Assembly: GCA_034003745.1 (NCBI GenBank)
Contig: JAVEYA010000004.1
Coordinates: forward strand, 1 to 58,503
Origin: Clostridia bacterium
Lineage (GTDB): Bacteria > Bacillota > Peptococcia > DRI-13 > PHAD01
Direction of reading: 5' to 3'
Length of the DNA stretch: 58,503 bases
Under the pieces are notes generated by a model, which had not been told where the DNA came from, made no database searches, and saw only the letters and a program-made list of their open reading frames with translations. A program made the translations under genes and the position numbers. Positions 31,081-40,567 of the stretch are shown one piece after another. The first letter of the stretch is position 1, and each line of letters starts with the position of its first letter.

Positions 31081-31464
31081 CTATTTTTCTTCGTAATTCT
31101 CGATGTGCTGTTTCAAAACGCTTACAGCCCGGTCAAACTTTTCATTAAAGATTTTTAGCTGCTGCTCATCGCCCTTTTCCAGATATTCCAGCAAATAAAC
31201 ATAGGTCGAAGCTAATTTGCCTACCGCTTCCGCCAATTCCTTTTCGTCTATTTCTTCCGCTTTTACGCCGAATTCCGAAATCTGCCCCCAGATACTTCTG
31301 GCTGTTTTAAGATCCTTCTTAGCGATAATCTCCTGTGTAGTAGCAATGGCTTCGTCAACCATTTTTTGCATTGTTTCAGGATTGGTAATCTTTTCCGAAT
31401 TACACCCGGCGACGGATATAATCAGCATTAGAAGAAGAAATACTGTAGAAAGTACTTTCTTCAT
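31081..31464 (-). CDS. Small lipoprotein, helical, unknown function
   Basis: Signal peptide with lipobox (LIISVAGC), 127 aa, charged helical body. Confidence 0.7.
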   Translation of the reverse strand: MKKVLSTVFLLLMLIISVAGCNSEKITNPETMQKMVDEAIATTQEIIAKKDLKTARSIWGQISEFGVKAEEIDEKELAEAVGKLASTYVYLLEYLEKGDEQQLKIFNEKFDRAVSVLKQHIENYEEK

Positions 31465-31601
31465 TTTTTCACTCCTTAATCCCTATAAGTCTTTTTAGAG
31501 AGATAAATTGTTGAATTCGCTATGAGAGCCAATTTTCCTTTTAATATTATATTAAATTTTTATAAATATGCAATCCCAATCTTTCATTTAAAACAGCGCG
31601 C

Positions 31602-32807
31602 TTACCTTATCCTGGGCAGAACAATCTCAAAAACCGTCCCCTTATTGATAAAGGAACCGACTTTGATTTTGCCCTGATGGTTTTCAATAATAGAATAACA
31701 AACACTTAAACCCAGACCGGTACCATGCTCCTTGGTCGTATAAAAAGGGTCAAAAATCCGTCTGGTCTGTTCTTCCGTCATGCCGATACCCGTATCCTCA
31801 ACCTGAAAATAAATATTCTCCGCATCGAATTTAGTTGTTATCTTGATCACCTTGGTCTCACAATATTGCATCGCATCCACGGCGTTCAACACTATATTTA
31901 TTATGACCTGTTTGATTTGGTCGTAATCACAATAGATCGTAGGCATCTCCTGATCCAGCAGAAGATTCATACTGATCTCACTTCTGGCGCATTGCGCCTC
32001 GATTAAAGCGCTGCTGTCCTTAATGATGCTGTTGATATTATTTACGGACAGTTTGGGTTTTATCGGCTTGGCGAACTGCAGAAAATCCTTGAGCAATTCA
32101 TTCATGCGGTCAATTTCTTTGTCCATTAAGCTAAGATAACTGGACATGACAAGCGTGTCCTTATCCACGTCATACTTTAATAAGAGTTGTACAAACCCCT
32201 TGATTGTTGTCAATGGATTCCGCACTTCATGCGCAATACCGGCGGCTAATTGTCCGATGGCGGCAAGCTTTTCACGTTCCTGCATTTTCTGCTTATCCTT
32301 TTGGATTTGCCTTTCCACTTCCATAGAAGCGTTGACCAGCAAACCCAGGATCCAGATAAAGCTGGTCAGGATAATCAGATAGTCCATTTCAAAAACACGA
32401 TAAACCATCGAGTTAACGATAATCACAAAAGTCGTCATAAAAGCGGTAATAATGGTATAAAGCACCGAATAGCGCAACGCCATAATCACCGTCGGCAAAA
32501 CGATGATGATTTGAATGGTCGGATTAAGCGTTTCCATCAGTAACTGCGCGGCGATATATAAATAAAAGAATCGGACCACCAGCTCGAAAACCGAGGGTTT
32601 GGCCGTTGATCCGCTGTAGTACAGCACAATGCTGTAGACCAAAGTCACGGAGATATTGACTATTAATGGGCTGTACAAAGCAAATTCACTAATAGGCTGA
32701 TATTTTTTAATAATCAGAATACACAGGAAAGCCAGATACAAGTATTCTACCAGAAAGCTGAACTGTCTTATTTTGTTAAAAGAATACAATCCTTTCAGGA
32801 ATTCCAA
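31602..32807 (-). CDS. Orphan membrane sensor histidine kinase (sporulation-kinase-like HisKA)
   Basis: About 5 N-terminal TM helices. H-box AHEVRNPLTTIKGF, N-box NIVLNAVDAM, G1 EDTGIGM, G2 GTGLGLSV. No response regulator nearby. Confidence 0.85.
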   Translation of the reverse strand: MEFLKGLYSFNKIRQFSFLVEYLYLAFLCILIIKKYQPISEFALYSPLIVNISVTLVYSIVLYYSGSTAKPSVFELVVRFFYLYIAAQLLMETLNPTIQIIIVLPTVIMALRYSVLYTIITAFMTTFVIIVNSMVYRVFEMDYLIILTSFIWILGLLVNASMEVERQIQKDKQKMQEREKLAAIGQLAAGIAHEVRNPLTTIKGFVQLLLKYDVDKDTLVMSSYLSLMDKEIDRMNELLKDFLQFAKPIKPKLSVNNINSIIKDSSALIEAQCARSEISMNLLLDQEMPTIYCDYDQIKQVIINIVLNAVDAMQYCETKVIKITTKFDAENIYFQVEDTGIGMTEEQTRRIFDPFYTTKEHGTGLGLSVCYSIIENHQGKIKVGSFINKGTVFEIVLPRIR

Positions 32808-32883
32808 AGATCATTCCTCATTTACTGATTTTTACTGAATCTATTATAATATATATTTTCCTATTGTGTTATTTTTTTCATAT

Positions 32884-33369
32884 TTATTTAATAATTTGTC
32901 GTTTCAACTCATTGCGCCGGTAAATCCAAGCGGAAAGAGAGAACCAGAGCAGAAAGCTGATAAAGTTTATGAAAGCGGATAGCGTAAAACCATAAGAATA
33001 GGTGAAATAACCCAGATTTTGCAAAACAAAGCCCAGAAGTACGGCAAATCCACTGAAGCCGGTGATATATACGACGAGGAAGGTTGTTTGTACAGGAAGG
33101 AAATACAAAAAAAGCATCCAAGTAAACGTAAACGCAATGGGAATAAAAATAGGAATTCCTTGGACGACCAGGGGCCCGTCAGAATACATAAACATACCCA
33201 GGATATTGCCTAATAAGACGATGGTGAGGATATCGACCATTCCGCCCAGGATAAAACCATAAAGGAAATACCCTTTGTATTCCCTCCGGGGAATAAAAAG
33301 CAGGGTGGGGATAAAAAACACCAGTATGTATAGGGGCCAGAACCAGGACTTCATATCCAACATAAACAT
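32884..33369 (-). CDS. Integral membrane protein, unknown function
   Basis: 161 aa, 5 predicted hydrophobic helices. No recognisable motif. Confidence 0.55.
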   Translation of the reverse strand: MFMLDMKSWFWPLYILVFFIPTLLFIPRREYKGYFLYGFILGGMVDILTIVLLGNILGMFMYSDGPLVVQGIPIFIPIAFTFTWMLFLYFLPVQTTFLVVYITGFSGFAVLLGFVLQNLGYFTYSYGFTLSAFINFISFLLWFSLSAWIYRRNELKRQIIK

Positions 33370-33461
33370 CTTCTCCTATACTTAAATAGTTCCCCTTCAG
33401 CAAGCGTTTAATACTAATAAGGAGGAGAATAACCGGCCGGCCTGTCCTTTATCTTTATATA

Positions 33462-33488
33462 AAAAAATGCGCCCAGCAACTGGGCGCG
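33462..33488 (-). terminator. Rho-independent terminator after the GntR-family gene
   Basis: gcgcccag / caa / ctgggcgc, followed by ATTTTTTT on the minus strand. Confidence 0.65.
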
Positions 33489-33527
33489 AGGAGATATCCA
33501 AAAATTATTACAGACCTGGCTTACTGA

Positions 33528-34277
33528 TTATTTTTTTTCGTAAAGACACACTTGCCAATACTTATTGACGTCCTCCACCAGACTATCGATATGCGCCGCC
33601 ATAGCGGCTTCGGCTTTATCCGGATCTCTCTGACGGATCGCGTCCGCAATACGCCGGTGGGAAACCATATACTCCGCCTGGATTTTTGTTCGGATATATT
33701 CGAAGGATTTGGACTGCTGCCCGAAAATGGCCAATTGGTTGTACACGGTCTCCAGAATCGTATTTTTCGAAGCTTTGGCGATGGTTTTGTGAAAGGCCAG
33801 GTCATCGCCGGTAATCCATTGTTTTTCTTTGTGTTTTTGTTCCTGGCGGGCGAGGACCCCGTCCAAAAAGGAAATTTCCTCGGGCGTAGCCTTAAGGGCG
33901 GCCAAGCGCGCCGTACCTCTTTCCACCGTGCGGCGGGCCTCCAGTACGACCAAAAAGTCTTCCAGCACCTGGGGATTGATGTATTTATTGAGCTTGTTCT
34001 GCTCTGAAGTGATATCCTTTAATTGTTTGTTATAGCGGATCGCGTCCATGCCTTTATCCGTGATAATCCTGCCGCGGAATTTTTCTTTCTGCAGGTACCC
34101 CAGACTTTCCAGCCTATTCAAGACGCGCCCCACCGTAGCAGAACTGGTCTCAATATTTTCTTCCGCCAGTTGATTCACCAGATACCAGGAACCGATGGGA
34201 ACCTGGGCGTCCCCCACCATTTCCAGGACCAAAATTTCTTTTTCATCTAATTCTTCGTACAACTGCCAAACCTCCAC
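33528..34277 (-). CDS. GntR/FadR-type transcriptional regulator (wHTH + FCD domain)
   Basis: N-terminal wHTH (SSATVGRVLNRLESLGYL) and a C-terminal all-helical FCD-like domain (LEARRTVERGTARLAA...HRRIADAI). Confidence 0.78.
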   Translation of the reverse strand: MEVWQLYEELDEKEILVLEMVGDAQVPIGSWYLVNQLAEENIETSSATVGRVLNRLESLGYLQKEKFRGRIITDKGMDAIRYNKQLKDITSEQNKLNKYINPQVLEDFLVVLEARRTVERGTARLAALKATPEEISFLDGVLARQEQKHKEKQWITGDDLAFHKTIAKASKNTILETVYNQLAIFGQQSKSFEYIRTKIQAEYMVSHRRIADAIRQRDPDKAEAAMAAHIDSLVEDVNKYWQVCLYEKK

Positions 34278-34336
34278 TTTCCGAGTACCGGGATACTCTG
34301 CGCTGAGTATATTTTACCCATCCGCAGCACAGTTGT

Positions 34337-35779
34337 CTAGGCTTTCACGGAGTGGGAAGCGGAAGAGGTTTTGGTGAAGAGGGAAACCACGATAATCAAG
34401 ATAAAGGAAATAGCCAGGGCAATGAGCACGCGATGGGGTCCCAAAGCGGTAATCTGAGTCAGGAGAGCGCCGGCCACCATGCCGATTCGAGCGCCCCAGG
34501 GCGTGACTTTACTGTTTCGTTTACCTGCGACATGGGCTTCTCCGGGCCGTTCCTTCCACAGCAGGCCGACCACCAGCAGCGGGACCAGACCTCCGCCGGC
34601 CATCTGATAGGCTCTGGAGAACAGACTGAGGATTGAACTGGCATAAATGGCCGTGATGGCTGCAAAAACCCCAATGATGACAGTAAGCCAGCGTACGGTT
34701 TTCAGCATATCCTTATCGCTGATCTCAGGTTTGAATACCTTGACCACGTCATTGGTTAAGAGTACAGAGGCGGAGTTTAAGTTGGAATCCGCCGAGGACA
34801 TCCCGGCCGCCAGGATCAACAGGAAGATCATCACAGCGATGGAAGGCGGCACCACGTTCATCATAAACCAGGGCATGGCGTCATCCGGGCTCAGACTGGG
34901 ATTCATGGTGAAAATAATTACGCCGACGAGGGCGGACAGCATAACCATAATAATGGCGATAGTGCCCGAAGAGAGCAGGCCGTTTCTGGCTGTTTTGGCG
35001 TCTTTAGCCGCAAAGCAGCTCTGCCAGTACATTTGCGCCGCCAAGATACCGATACAGCCGGTGACAAAGTTCGTGGCCGCCGTGGCGTAACTGGTGCCGG
35101 CGAAGGTCCACATATTGGATTTACCCAACGTGGTAAGGCGGGCGCCGATTTCGGCAAAGCTGAAGTTCACCTGGGAGAAGGCAAAGCCATAGAAAATCGT
35201 GCCGAAAACGACGACCATCAGGCCCAGGACAAGGTCCATCCAGACCAGGGAGTGATAGCCGCCCAAAGTAGTATAGACAATATAAATGGCAGTAAATAGG
35301 AAGATGATTGGAATCGGATTGGCGCCGGTGATAACGTTGAAAATGGTACCGAAGCCTTTCGCCTGACCGCCGGTCCAGGCAATCATGATGCTGCAGGCCA
35401 AAAGCGCGGCTATTACGCGCGTTACTTTATCCCGTACCACCAAATCGTCCAGCATTTCTACATAGGTATTATAGATAAACCTTCCGGCAAAACCCGCGAA
35501 TACAAGTGCAAAAATGATTTTAGACCCCTGTTCGCCCAGGATGAAAAACAGCCAGGGCAAACCGGTGGAATACCCTCTGCCGGCATGGCCGACAAAGTTG
35601 CCGACCCCCATGATATTGGCAAATTCAGTGAAGAAGATTAAAAAGAAGGGAAGCGTGCCCGCGGCGATAGCATAGTTGGAAAAGCTTTGATCGGCTTTGC
35701 TTTTCATTTTGATGGAAATCCACAGGAAAAACAGGCCCAACACGATTGTGGCAATCCAGAGCATAGTGCCTAAAGACAT
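34337..35779 (-). CDS. Sodium:solute symporter family (SSF) transporter
   Basis: 480 aa, about 12-13 TM helices, SSF-type pattern (GGYHSLVWMDLV, AAGMSSADSNL). Confidence 0.85.
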   Translation of the reverse strand: MSLGTMLWIATIVLGLFFLWISIKMKSKADQSFSNYAIAAGTLPFFLIFFTEFANIMGVGNFVGHAGRGYSTGLPWLFFILGEQGSKIIFALVFAGFAGRFIYNTYVEMLDDLVVRDKVTRVIAALLACSIMIAWTGGQAKGFGTIFNVITGANPIPIIFLFTAIYIVYTTLGGYHSLVWMDLVLGLMVVVFGTIFYGFAFSQVNFSFAEIGARLTTLGKSNMWTFAGTSYATAATNFVTGCIGILAAQMYWQSCFAAKDAKTARNGLLSSGTIAIIMVMLSALVGVIIFTMNPSLSPDDAMPWFMMNVVPPSIAVMIFLLILAAGMSSADSNLNSASVLLTNDVVKVFKPEISDKDMLKTVRWLTVIIGVFAAITAIYASSILSLFSRAYQMAGGGLVPLLVVGLLWKERPGEAHVAGKRNSKVTPWGARIGMVAGALLTQITALGPHRVLIALAISFILIIVVSLFTKTSSASHSVKA

Positions 35780-35884
35780 AATTAAATCCTCCTCTCAATT
35801 TTATACAGACTGTTTTGAAGATACCGTTAGCTTTAAGCAAAGGAAGAATGCCGGTGCTGCCACCTCCTTTCTTGAAGGTGTCCT

Positions 35885-37108
35885 TTAACCCGAGTGCTGC
35901 AAAGTGTCTTGGGAGAGAAACAAACGGGCCGGGGACAATTCCTGCAAATCGTGTTCCTGCAGTTCGGCCGGCAGGCTGTTACCGGTAATCATTTGGGCGA
36001 TGATTTTTCCGGTTACGGGCGCCAAGGCGATGCCGTCGCCTTCATGGCCTGCGGCCAGGAAGAAGCCGGGCAGTCCCGGAACTTCTCCGATAAAAGGTTT
36101 GCCGTCGTCGGAAGCCGGACGCAGCCCGGCAAAGCTGCGGATAATGTGCACATTTTTAAGGAGCGGAATAAACCGGGTGGCTTCTTTGATCATCAGGTGC
36201 AACGCAGCAAAATGGGTGGTTTTCTCGAAACCGGCATACTCCCGGGTACCGCCGATAAAATAGTTGCCGTCATGGGTCTGGGAAAGGGAAAGACCGATCC
36301 CCAGTTCATCCAGCAGCGCCGGGCGGCCCAGCGAAAGAGTAGGATCCAGTTTCATCACGATATAATCAGCGCTCCAGACATTGGTTTGACCCAAAGGGGG
36401 AACCTGTTCGGTTACGGCAATCTGTCCGCGCTTAGGCAGGATGGGGACGTCCAGCCCCACCAGTTTGGTCACCTCCGGCGTCCAGGCGCCTGCCGCCACC
36501 AGAACTGTTTCGGCGATAAATTTTTCTCCGTTGGTAGACGTTATTTCCCAGCTCCGGTCCCCAATCATCCGGAATTTCCGGGGCGCAGTTCCTTTTTTTA
36601 CGGTCAGACCTTTTTGGCCGGCGGCATAGGCGAAAGCCCGCATGACTTTGAGGGGATTGACCTGAGAATCCAGCGGGCTGTATGTAGAGGCTAAAACATG
36701 CGGGCTGACGTGGGGTTGTAGTTTGCGCATCTCGTCTTTTTCTAAAAATCTTACATCCAAGCCCAGCTGCTGCTGCTGCTCCACAAAATTTTTCATAACC
36801 TTAAGCTGTTCCGGCGTTTCGATCAGGACCATCCCCCCCCTGGTTTCCAAATCCAACGGCAGCGGCAGGTCTTTTTCCAAACGGCGGTAGAGCTCAAGAC
36901 TGTACAGGGCCAGGGAAAGCATGATACCCGGTTTTTTGGATTGGAGAAAAATCATATCATCGCAGGAGCCGGAGGCGCCGCCGCCGATCTCCTTTTTCTC
37001 CAGGAGCAGAACTTTTTTACCGGCCTGTGTAAGATAATAGGCGCCGGCCAAACCGGTAATGCCGCCTCCAATAATAACAATATCGTAATGATGTTGATTT
37101 AATGACAT
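35885..37108 (-). CDS. FAD-dependent oxidoreductase, DadA/HcnC/sarcosine-oxidase-beta family
   Basis: DIVIIGGGITGLAGAYYL dinucleotide fold. C-terminal GHEGDGIALAP. Start ATG MSLNQ with GGAGG 7 nt upstream. Confidence 0.85.
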   Translation of the reverse strand: MSLNQHHYDIVIIGGGITGLAGAYYLTQAGKKVLLLEKKEIGGGASGSCDDMIFLQSKKPGIMLSLALYSLELYRRLEKDLPLPLDLETRGGMVLIETPEQLKVMKNFVEQQQQLGLDVRFLEKDEMRKLQPHVSPHVLASTYSPLDSQVNPLKVMRAFAYAAGQKGLTVKKGTAPRKFRMIGDRSWEITSTNGEKFIAETVLVAAGAWTPEVTKLVGLDVPILPKRGQIAVTEQVPPLGQTNVWSADYIVMKLDPTLSLGRPALLDELGIGLSLSQTHDGNYFIGGTREYAGFEKTTHFAALHLMIKEATRFIPLLKNVHIIRSFAGLRPASDDGKPFIGEVPGLPGFFLAAGHEGDGIALAPVTGKIIAQMITGNSLPAELQEHDLQELSPARLFLSQDTLQHSG

Positions 37109-37198
37109 GTAATACCTCCAAACTTTAATTATGGAAGCCAATCCGACTACTCATCATTTAATGAGAAGCTCTTAATAATAAAATACCACAACTGTGCC

Positions 37199-37213
37199 AC
37201 TATTTGAAATAGT
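37199..37213. promoter_or_regulatory. Perfect 7-1-7 palindrome in the divergent intergenic region (candidate operator)
   Basis: ACTATTT-G-AAATAGT, about 40 nt upstream of the putative -35 of the plus-strand operon. Confidence 0.3.
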
Positions 37214-37250
37214 CTAATAGCAAGTATACAAAATTTTTTCTTTTCCCGGT

Positions 37251-37278
37251 TTGAAATTGGCGGCAAAGACGATATAAT
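37251..37278 (+). promoter_or_regulatory. Candidate sigma-A promoter of the 2Fe2S-dapA-oxidoreductase operon
   Basis: TTGAAA (37251-56), 16-nt spacer, TATAAT (37273-78). Confidence 0.4.
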
Positions 37279-37349
37279 GGAAAGTGAAAGCTACTCACCT
37301 TATGATGAGCAATTCAGCAAAAAGAGATCACACAACAGGAGGTAAGAAG

Positions 37350-37643
37350 ATGGACGCCAAGGAGCAAGTCTATATCTGCCGGTGTGAAGAAATATCCCGG
37401 CGGGAAATAGAAGAAGCCATTGCCAATGGGGCCACTACCCTGAATGAAATAAAGCGCTGGACCAGGGCCGGGATGGGTCTCTGTCAGGGTAAAATTTGCG
37501 CGAAAAATGTCTCCCGGATCATCAGCGAGCAAACCGAACAGCCCCCGGAACGGGTGTTGCCGGCCACAACGCGCCAACCTGTGCGTCCGGTTTCTATCCG
37601 GGTGATTTCGGAGACCAATCAGATAATTTCTGAGATAAAGTGA
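37350..37643 (+). CDS. BFD-like (2Fe-2S)-binding protein
   Basis: CRC...CQGKIC cysteine pattern. Start ATG MDAKEQ with AGGAGG upstream. The upstream part of the listed ORF lacks an RBS. Confidence 0.75.
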   Translation: MDAKEQVYICRCEEISRREIEEAIANGATTLNEIKRWTRAGMGLCQGKICAKNVSRIISEQTEQPPERVLPATTRQPVRPVSIRVISETNQIISEIK

Positions 37644-37654
37644 GGAGGATGTTT

Positions 37655-38548
37655 ATGCAGGACTGGGGACGCTTGATCACCGCTATGGTCACTCCTTTCG
37701 ATGAATCCGGGAAACTGGATTTGGGCGGCGCATGCTCGCTTGCCGGTCAACTGGCGCAGGAAGGCGCCACCGCATTGGTACTGGCCGGAACCACCGGAGA
37801 AAGTCCCACGCTTTCCAAAGAGGAAAAACTGGCGCTGTTTCGCAGTGTAAAAAAGGCCGTATCCCTGCCGGTTATCGCCAATGTGGGCAGCAATAACACC
37901 TTGGAATCGGCGGAATTTGCCCAGGCGGCCCGGAAGACCGGCGTAGACGGCCTGATGACCGTCGTACCCTATTATAATAAACCCAATAAGGCCGGTTTGT
38001 ACCGGCATTATCAGACCATTGCCGAAGCAGGCCGGCTGCCGCTGATGATCTATAACGTGCCCGGCCGTACCGGGCTCAATCTTGATGCCGGGACGATTCT
38101 TCAGCTGACGGAAATTCCCTATGTCTGCTGCATCAAGGAAGCCACCGACGACTTTGCCAAGATCGCCTGTATCCTCCGGAACGCCCCTCCTCATTTCAAG
38201 GTTTACACCGGTGAAGACAGCTTAACGCTGCCGGTTCTGGCAGTAGGGGGGTATGGGGTGGTGAGCGTGGCCTCCCATGTGGCCGGACCAATTATGCGCC
38301 GGATGATCGATAGTTTCCTGTCCGGAAATATCGCCCTGGCGCAAAAATTACATCTGACTCTTTCCCCACTGTATGAAAGTTTATTTATGACGTCGAATCC
38401 TATCCCGGTCAAAGCCGCTCTAAGAATCCGGGGTTTTAACGCCGGGCCGCTGCGCCTGCCTCTCATAGAAGCGGATGATACGGTCATTGCCCGGCTGTCT
38501 GCAGATCTGGCCGGTTTGGCCCGGATGGAAGGAGCGGATAAAGGATGA
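37655..38548 (+). CDS. dapA: 4-hydroxy-tetrahydrodipicolinate synthase family (DapA/DHDPS)
   Basis: GTTGESPTLS, YYNKP, YNVPGRTG, active-site Lys context CIKEA, NPIPVKAAL...RLPL. Closely resembles Gram-positive DapA. The start is ambiguous (37649 or 37655, both after GAGGAGG). Confidence 0.85.
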   Translation: MQDWGRLITAMVTPFDESGKLDLGGACSLAGQLAQEGATALVLAGTTGESPTLSKEEKLALFRSVKKAVSLPVIANVGSNNTLESAEFAQAARKTGVDGLMTVVPYYNKPNKAGLYRHYQTIAEAGRLPLMIYNVPGRTGLNLDAGTILQLTEIPYVCCIKEATDDFAKIACILRNAPPHFKVYTGEDSLTLPVLAVGGYGVVSVASHVAGPIMRRMIDSFLSGNIALAQKLHLTLSPLYESLFMTSNPIPVKAALRIRGFNAGPLRLPLIEADDTVIARLSADLAGLARMEGADKG

Positions 38549-38880
38549 ACCGGATTGAGCATCATATTGTATTAGGTGAACTGCCCCTCAAGAAGCAAGT
38601 GACGATTTATGTAGATAACCGGCCGTTAACCGCTTATGAAGGCGAAATGATCGCCGCTGTCTTATGGGCTAACGAGCAGAAAACGCTCAGATATACCAAA
38701 AAAAATCATCCCCGGGGCATCTATTGCGGAATCGGGCGCTGCACGGACTGCGTCATGACGGTGGACGGCGTGCCGAATGTGCGGACCTGCAAAACACCTG
38801 TGCGCGACGGGATGAAGGTAGAAACCCAGCGGGGGCTGGGGCAGTGGACAAAAGGAGAACCTATTCATGAAAAAGTTTGA
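38545..38880 (+). CDS. HcnA-like / sarcosine-oxidase-alpha-N-terminal-like (2Fe-2S) protein
   Basis: 111 aa. YCGIGRCTDCVMTVDG...RTC cysteine pattern. The start overlaps the dapA stop (ATGA). Confidence 0.75.
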   Translation: MNRIEHHIVLGELPLKKQVTIYVDNRPLTAYEGEMIAAVLWANEQKTLRYTKKNHPRGIYCGIGRCTDCVMTVDGVPNVRTCKTPVRDGMKVETQRGLGQWTKGEPIHEKV

Positions 38881-39979
38881 ATTGGCGGTCGTAGGCGGCG
38901 GTCCAGCCGGTCTTTCCGCCGCAATCGAAGCGGCCAAGCACGGGGTCAAGACGCTGGTAATCGATGAAAATGACCGGCCGGGTGGACAGCTTTTCAAACA
39001 AATCCATAAATTTTTTGGTTCCAGTGAACACCAGGCCGGAATCCGGGGGGTGGAAATCGGCAGGCGGCTCTTGGCCGAAACAGCTCAACTGGGTATTGAA
39101 ACCTGGCTCAATTCGGAAGTGGTCGGCATCAGCCCGGAGAAAACGGTCTGGGTAGTGAAAGACGGTACGGAATCCCTAGAGGTTCAGGCCGAACGGATTA
39201 TCCTCTCTACCGGCGCTCTGGAAAACGCCCTGAATTTCCCCGGCTGGACCCTGCCCGGGGTAATGAGTGCGGGGGCGGCCCAGACGATGATCAATATCCA
39301 CCGGGTGAAACCCGGCCGACGGGCTTTAATGATCGGTTCCGGCAACGTCGGGGTCATCGTCTCTTACCAGCTTTTGCAAGCCGGCGTGGAAGTGGCGGCC
39401 ATTATTGAAGCGGCCCCCCGCCTGGGCGGGTACGGTGTCCATACAGCCAAAGTACGGCGCGCCGGGGCGCCATTTTACGTTTCCCATACCATATCCAAAA
39501 TATTGGGTGAACACAAGGTAGAGGGAGCGGAAATTGTGGCTCTGGATAAACGCTTCCTGCCCATTTCCGGTTCGGAAAAGACGCTGGAGGTCGACACCAT
39601 TTGCGTCGCCACGGGCTTGACTCCCTTAGCGGAACTGGCCTGGTTCTTAGGATGCCGTTTCCATTTTATCCCGCAGTTGGGTGGTTTTGTCCCCGATCAT
39701 GACAGTCACATGGAGAGCAGTGTTCCCGGGGTTTATCTCGCCGGAGATATTTCCGGCGTGGAAGAAGCCTCCACGGCTATGGAGGAAGGCCGGCTGGCCG
39801 GTATCCGCGCGGCGGCGTCTCTAGGCCGCCTTTCCCCGGAGGAGGCGAATACGTTGGAAGAGACCGTTTGGGCGCGCTTAAACGCCCTGCGCAGCGGTCC
39901 TTTCGGCGCGGTCCGGCGCCAGGCCAAGGAATCCATCTTACAAAAAGAGGGGGCGATCGCCTATGACAGCGTCCGATAA
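38867..39979 (+). CDS. FAD/NAD(P)-binding pyridine nucleotide-disulfide-type oxidoreductase (HcnB/OoxA-like)
   Basis: VVGGGPAGLSAA and a second dinucleotide fold IGSGNVGV. GDISG near the C-terminus. Overlaps the upstream gene by 14 nt. Confidence 0.85.
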   Translation: MKKFELAVVGGGPAGLSAAIEAAKHGVKTLVIDENDRPGGQLFKQIHKFFGSSEHQAGIRGVEIGRRLLAETAQLGIETWLNSEVVGISPEKTVWVVKDGTESLEVQAERIILSTGALENALNFPGWTLPGVMSAGAAQTMINIHRVKPGRRALMIGSGNVGVIVSYQLLQAGVEVAAIIEAAPRLGGYGVHTAKVRRAGAPFYVSHTISKILGEHKVEGAEIVALDKRFLPISGSEKTLEVDTICVATGLTPLAELAWFLGCRFHFIPQLGGFVPDHDSHMESSVPGVYLAGDISGVEEASTAMEEGRLAGIRAAASLGRLSPEEANTLEETVWARLNALRSGPFGAVRRQAKESILQKEGAIAYDSVR

Positions 39980-40508
39980 GAAACCGTCTACACCGCTGAA
40001 CCCACATCCCGGTGTCAAAATTTGTGGGGCGCCCAGCCATGCGGAAGTCATCCGTACGCCCGGCTATCCCCGGGAAGAAATCTGGCGTAAAGGCCCGGTG
40101 GCTTTTATCGAGTGCGTGGAGGAGATTCCCTGCAATCCTTGCGAAGGGGCCTGCCCCCAGGGAGCGATTACCGTAGGCCGGCCGATCACGAACCTGCCAG
40201 TCCTGGATGCGGAAAAATGCCGGGGCTGCCGGCTCTGTATCGCGTCTTGTCCCGGTTTGGCCATCTTTGTTAAGGATTACACTTACAGCGCCACAGAGGC
40301 AAAGATAACCTTCCCTTATGAATATTGGCCCCTCCCGGCCAAGGGGCAGCAGGTGACTCTGGTAGACGAGCTGGGGGAAGCCGTGTGTCCGGGGCAAGTC
40401 CTCCAGGTGATGAATACGGAACGCAATAAACAGACCCCGCTGATCACCGCCAGTTTCCCCAAAGAATACTTTGAACGGGTCAAGTCTATGGAAAGGCTTC
40501 GTTCATAA
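39963..40508 (+). CDS. 4Fe-4S cluster-binding protein (electron-transfer subunit)
   Basis: CNPCEGACP and CRGCRLCIASCP motifs. Overlaps the upstream gene by 17 nt. Confidence 0.75.
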   Translation: MTASDKKPSTPLNPHPGVKICGAPSHAEVIRTPGYPREEIWRKGPVAFIECVEEIPCNPCEGACPQGAITVGRPITNLPVLDAEKCRGCRLCIASCPGLAIFVKDYTYSATEAKITFPYEYWPLPAKGQQVTLVDELGEAVCPGQVLQVMNTERNKQTPLITASFPKEYFERVKSMERLRS

Positions 40509-40567
40509 CGGACTGCAGCCGGTTATACTATTAGCGCAGCATCATTAATTCCAGGAGGAAAATACGT

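Noticed and set aside
34278-34336. Imperfect palindrome gagtaccgggatactc between the symporter and GntR genes
   Set aside because: The arms match only 5 bp and the centre is asymmetric. The perfect palindrome at 37199-37213 is a better operator candidate.
37284-37349. Upstream 22 codons of the listed 119-aa ORF for the BFD-like protein
   Set aside because: No RBS precedes ATG 37284, whereas AGGAGG precedes ATG 37350, and the conserved Cys-containing domain starts there.
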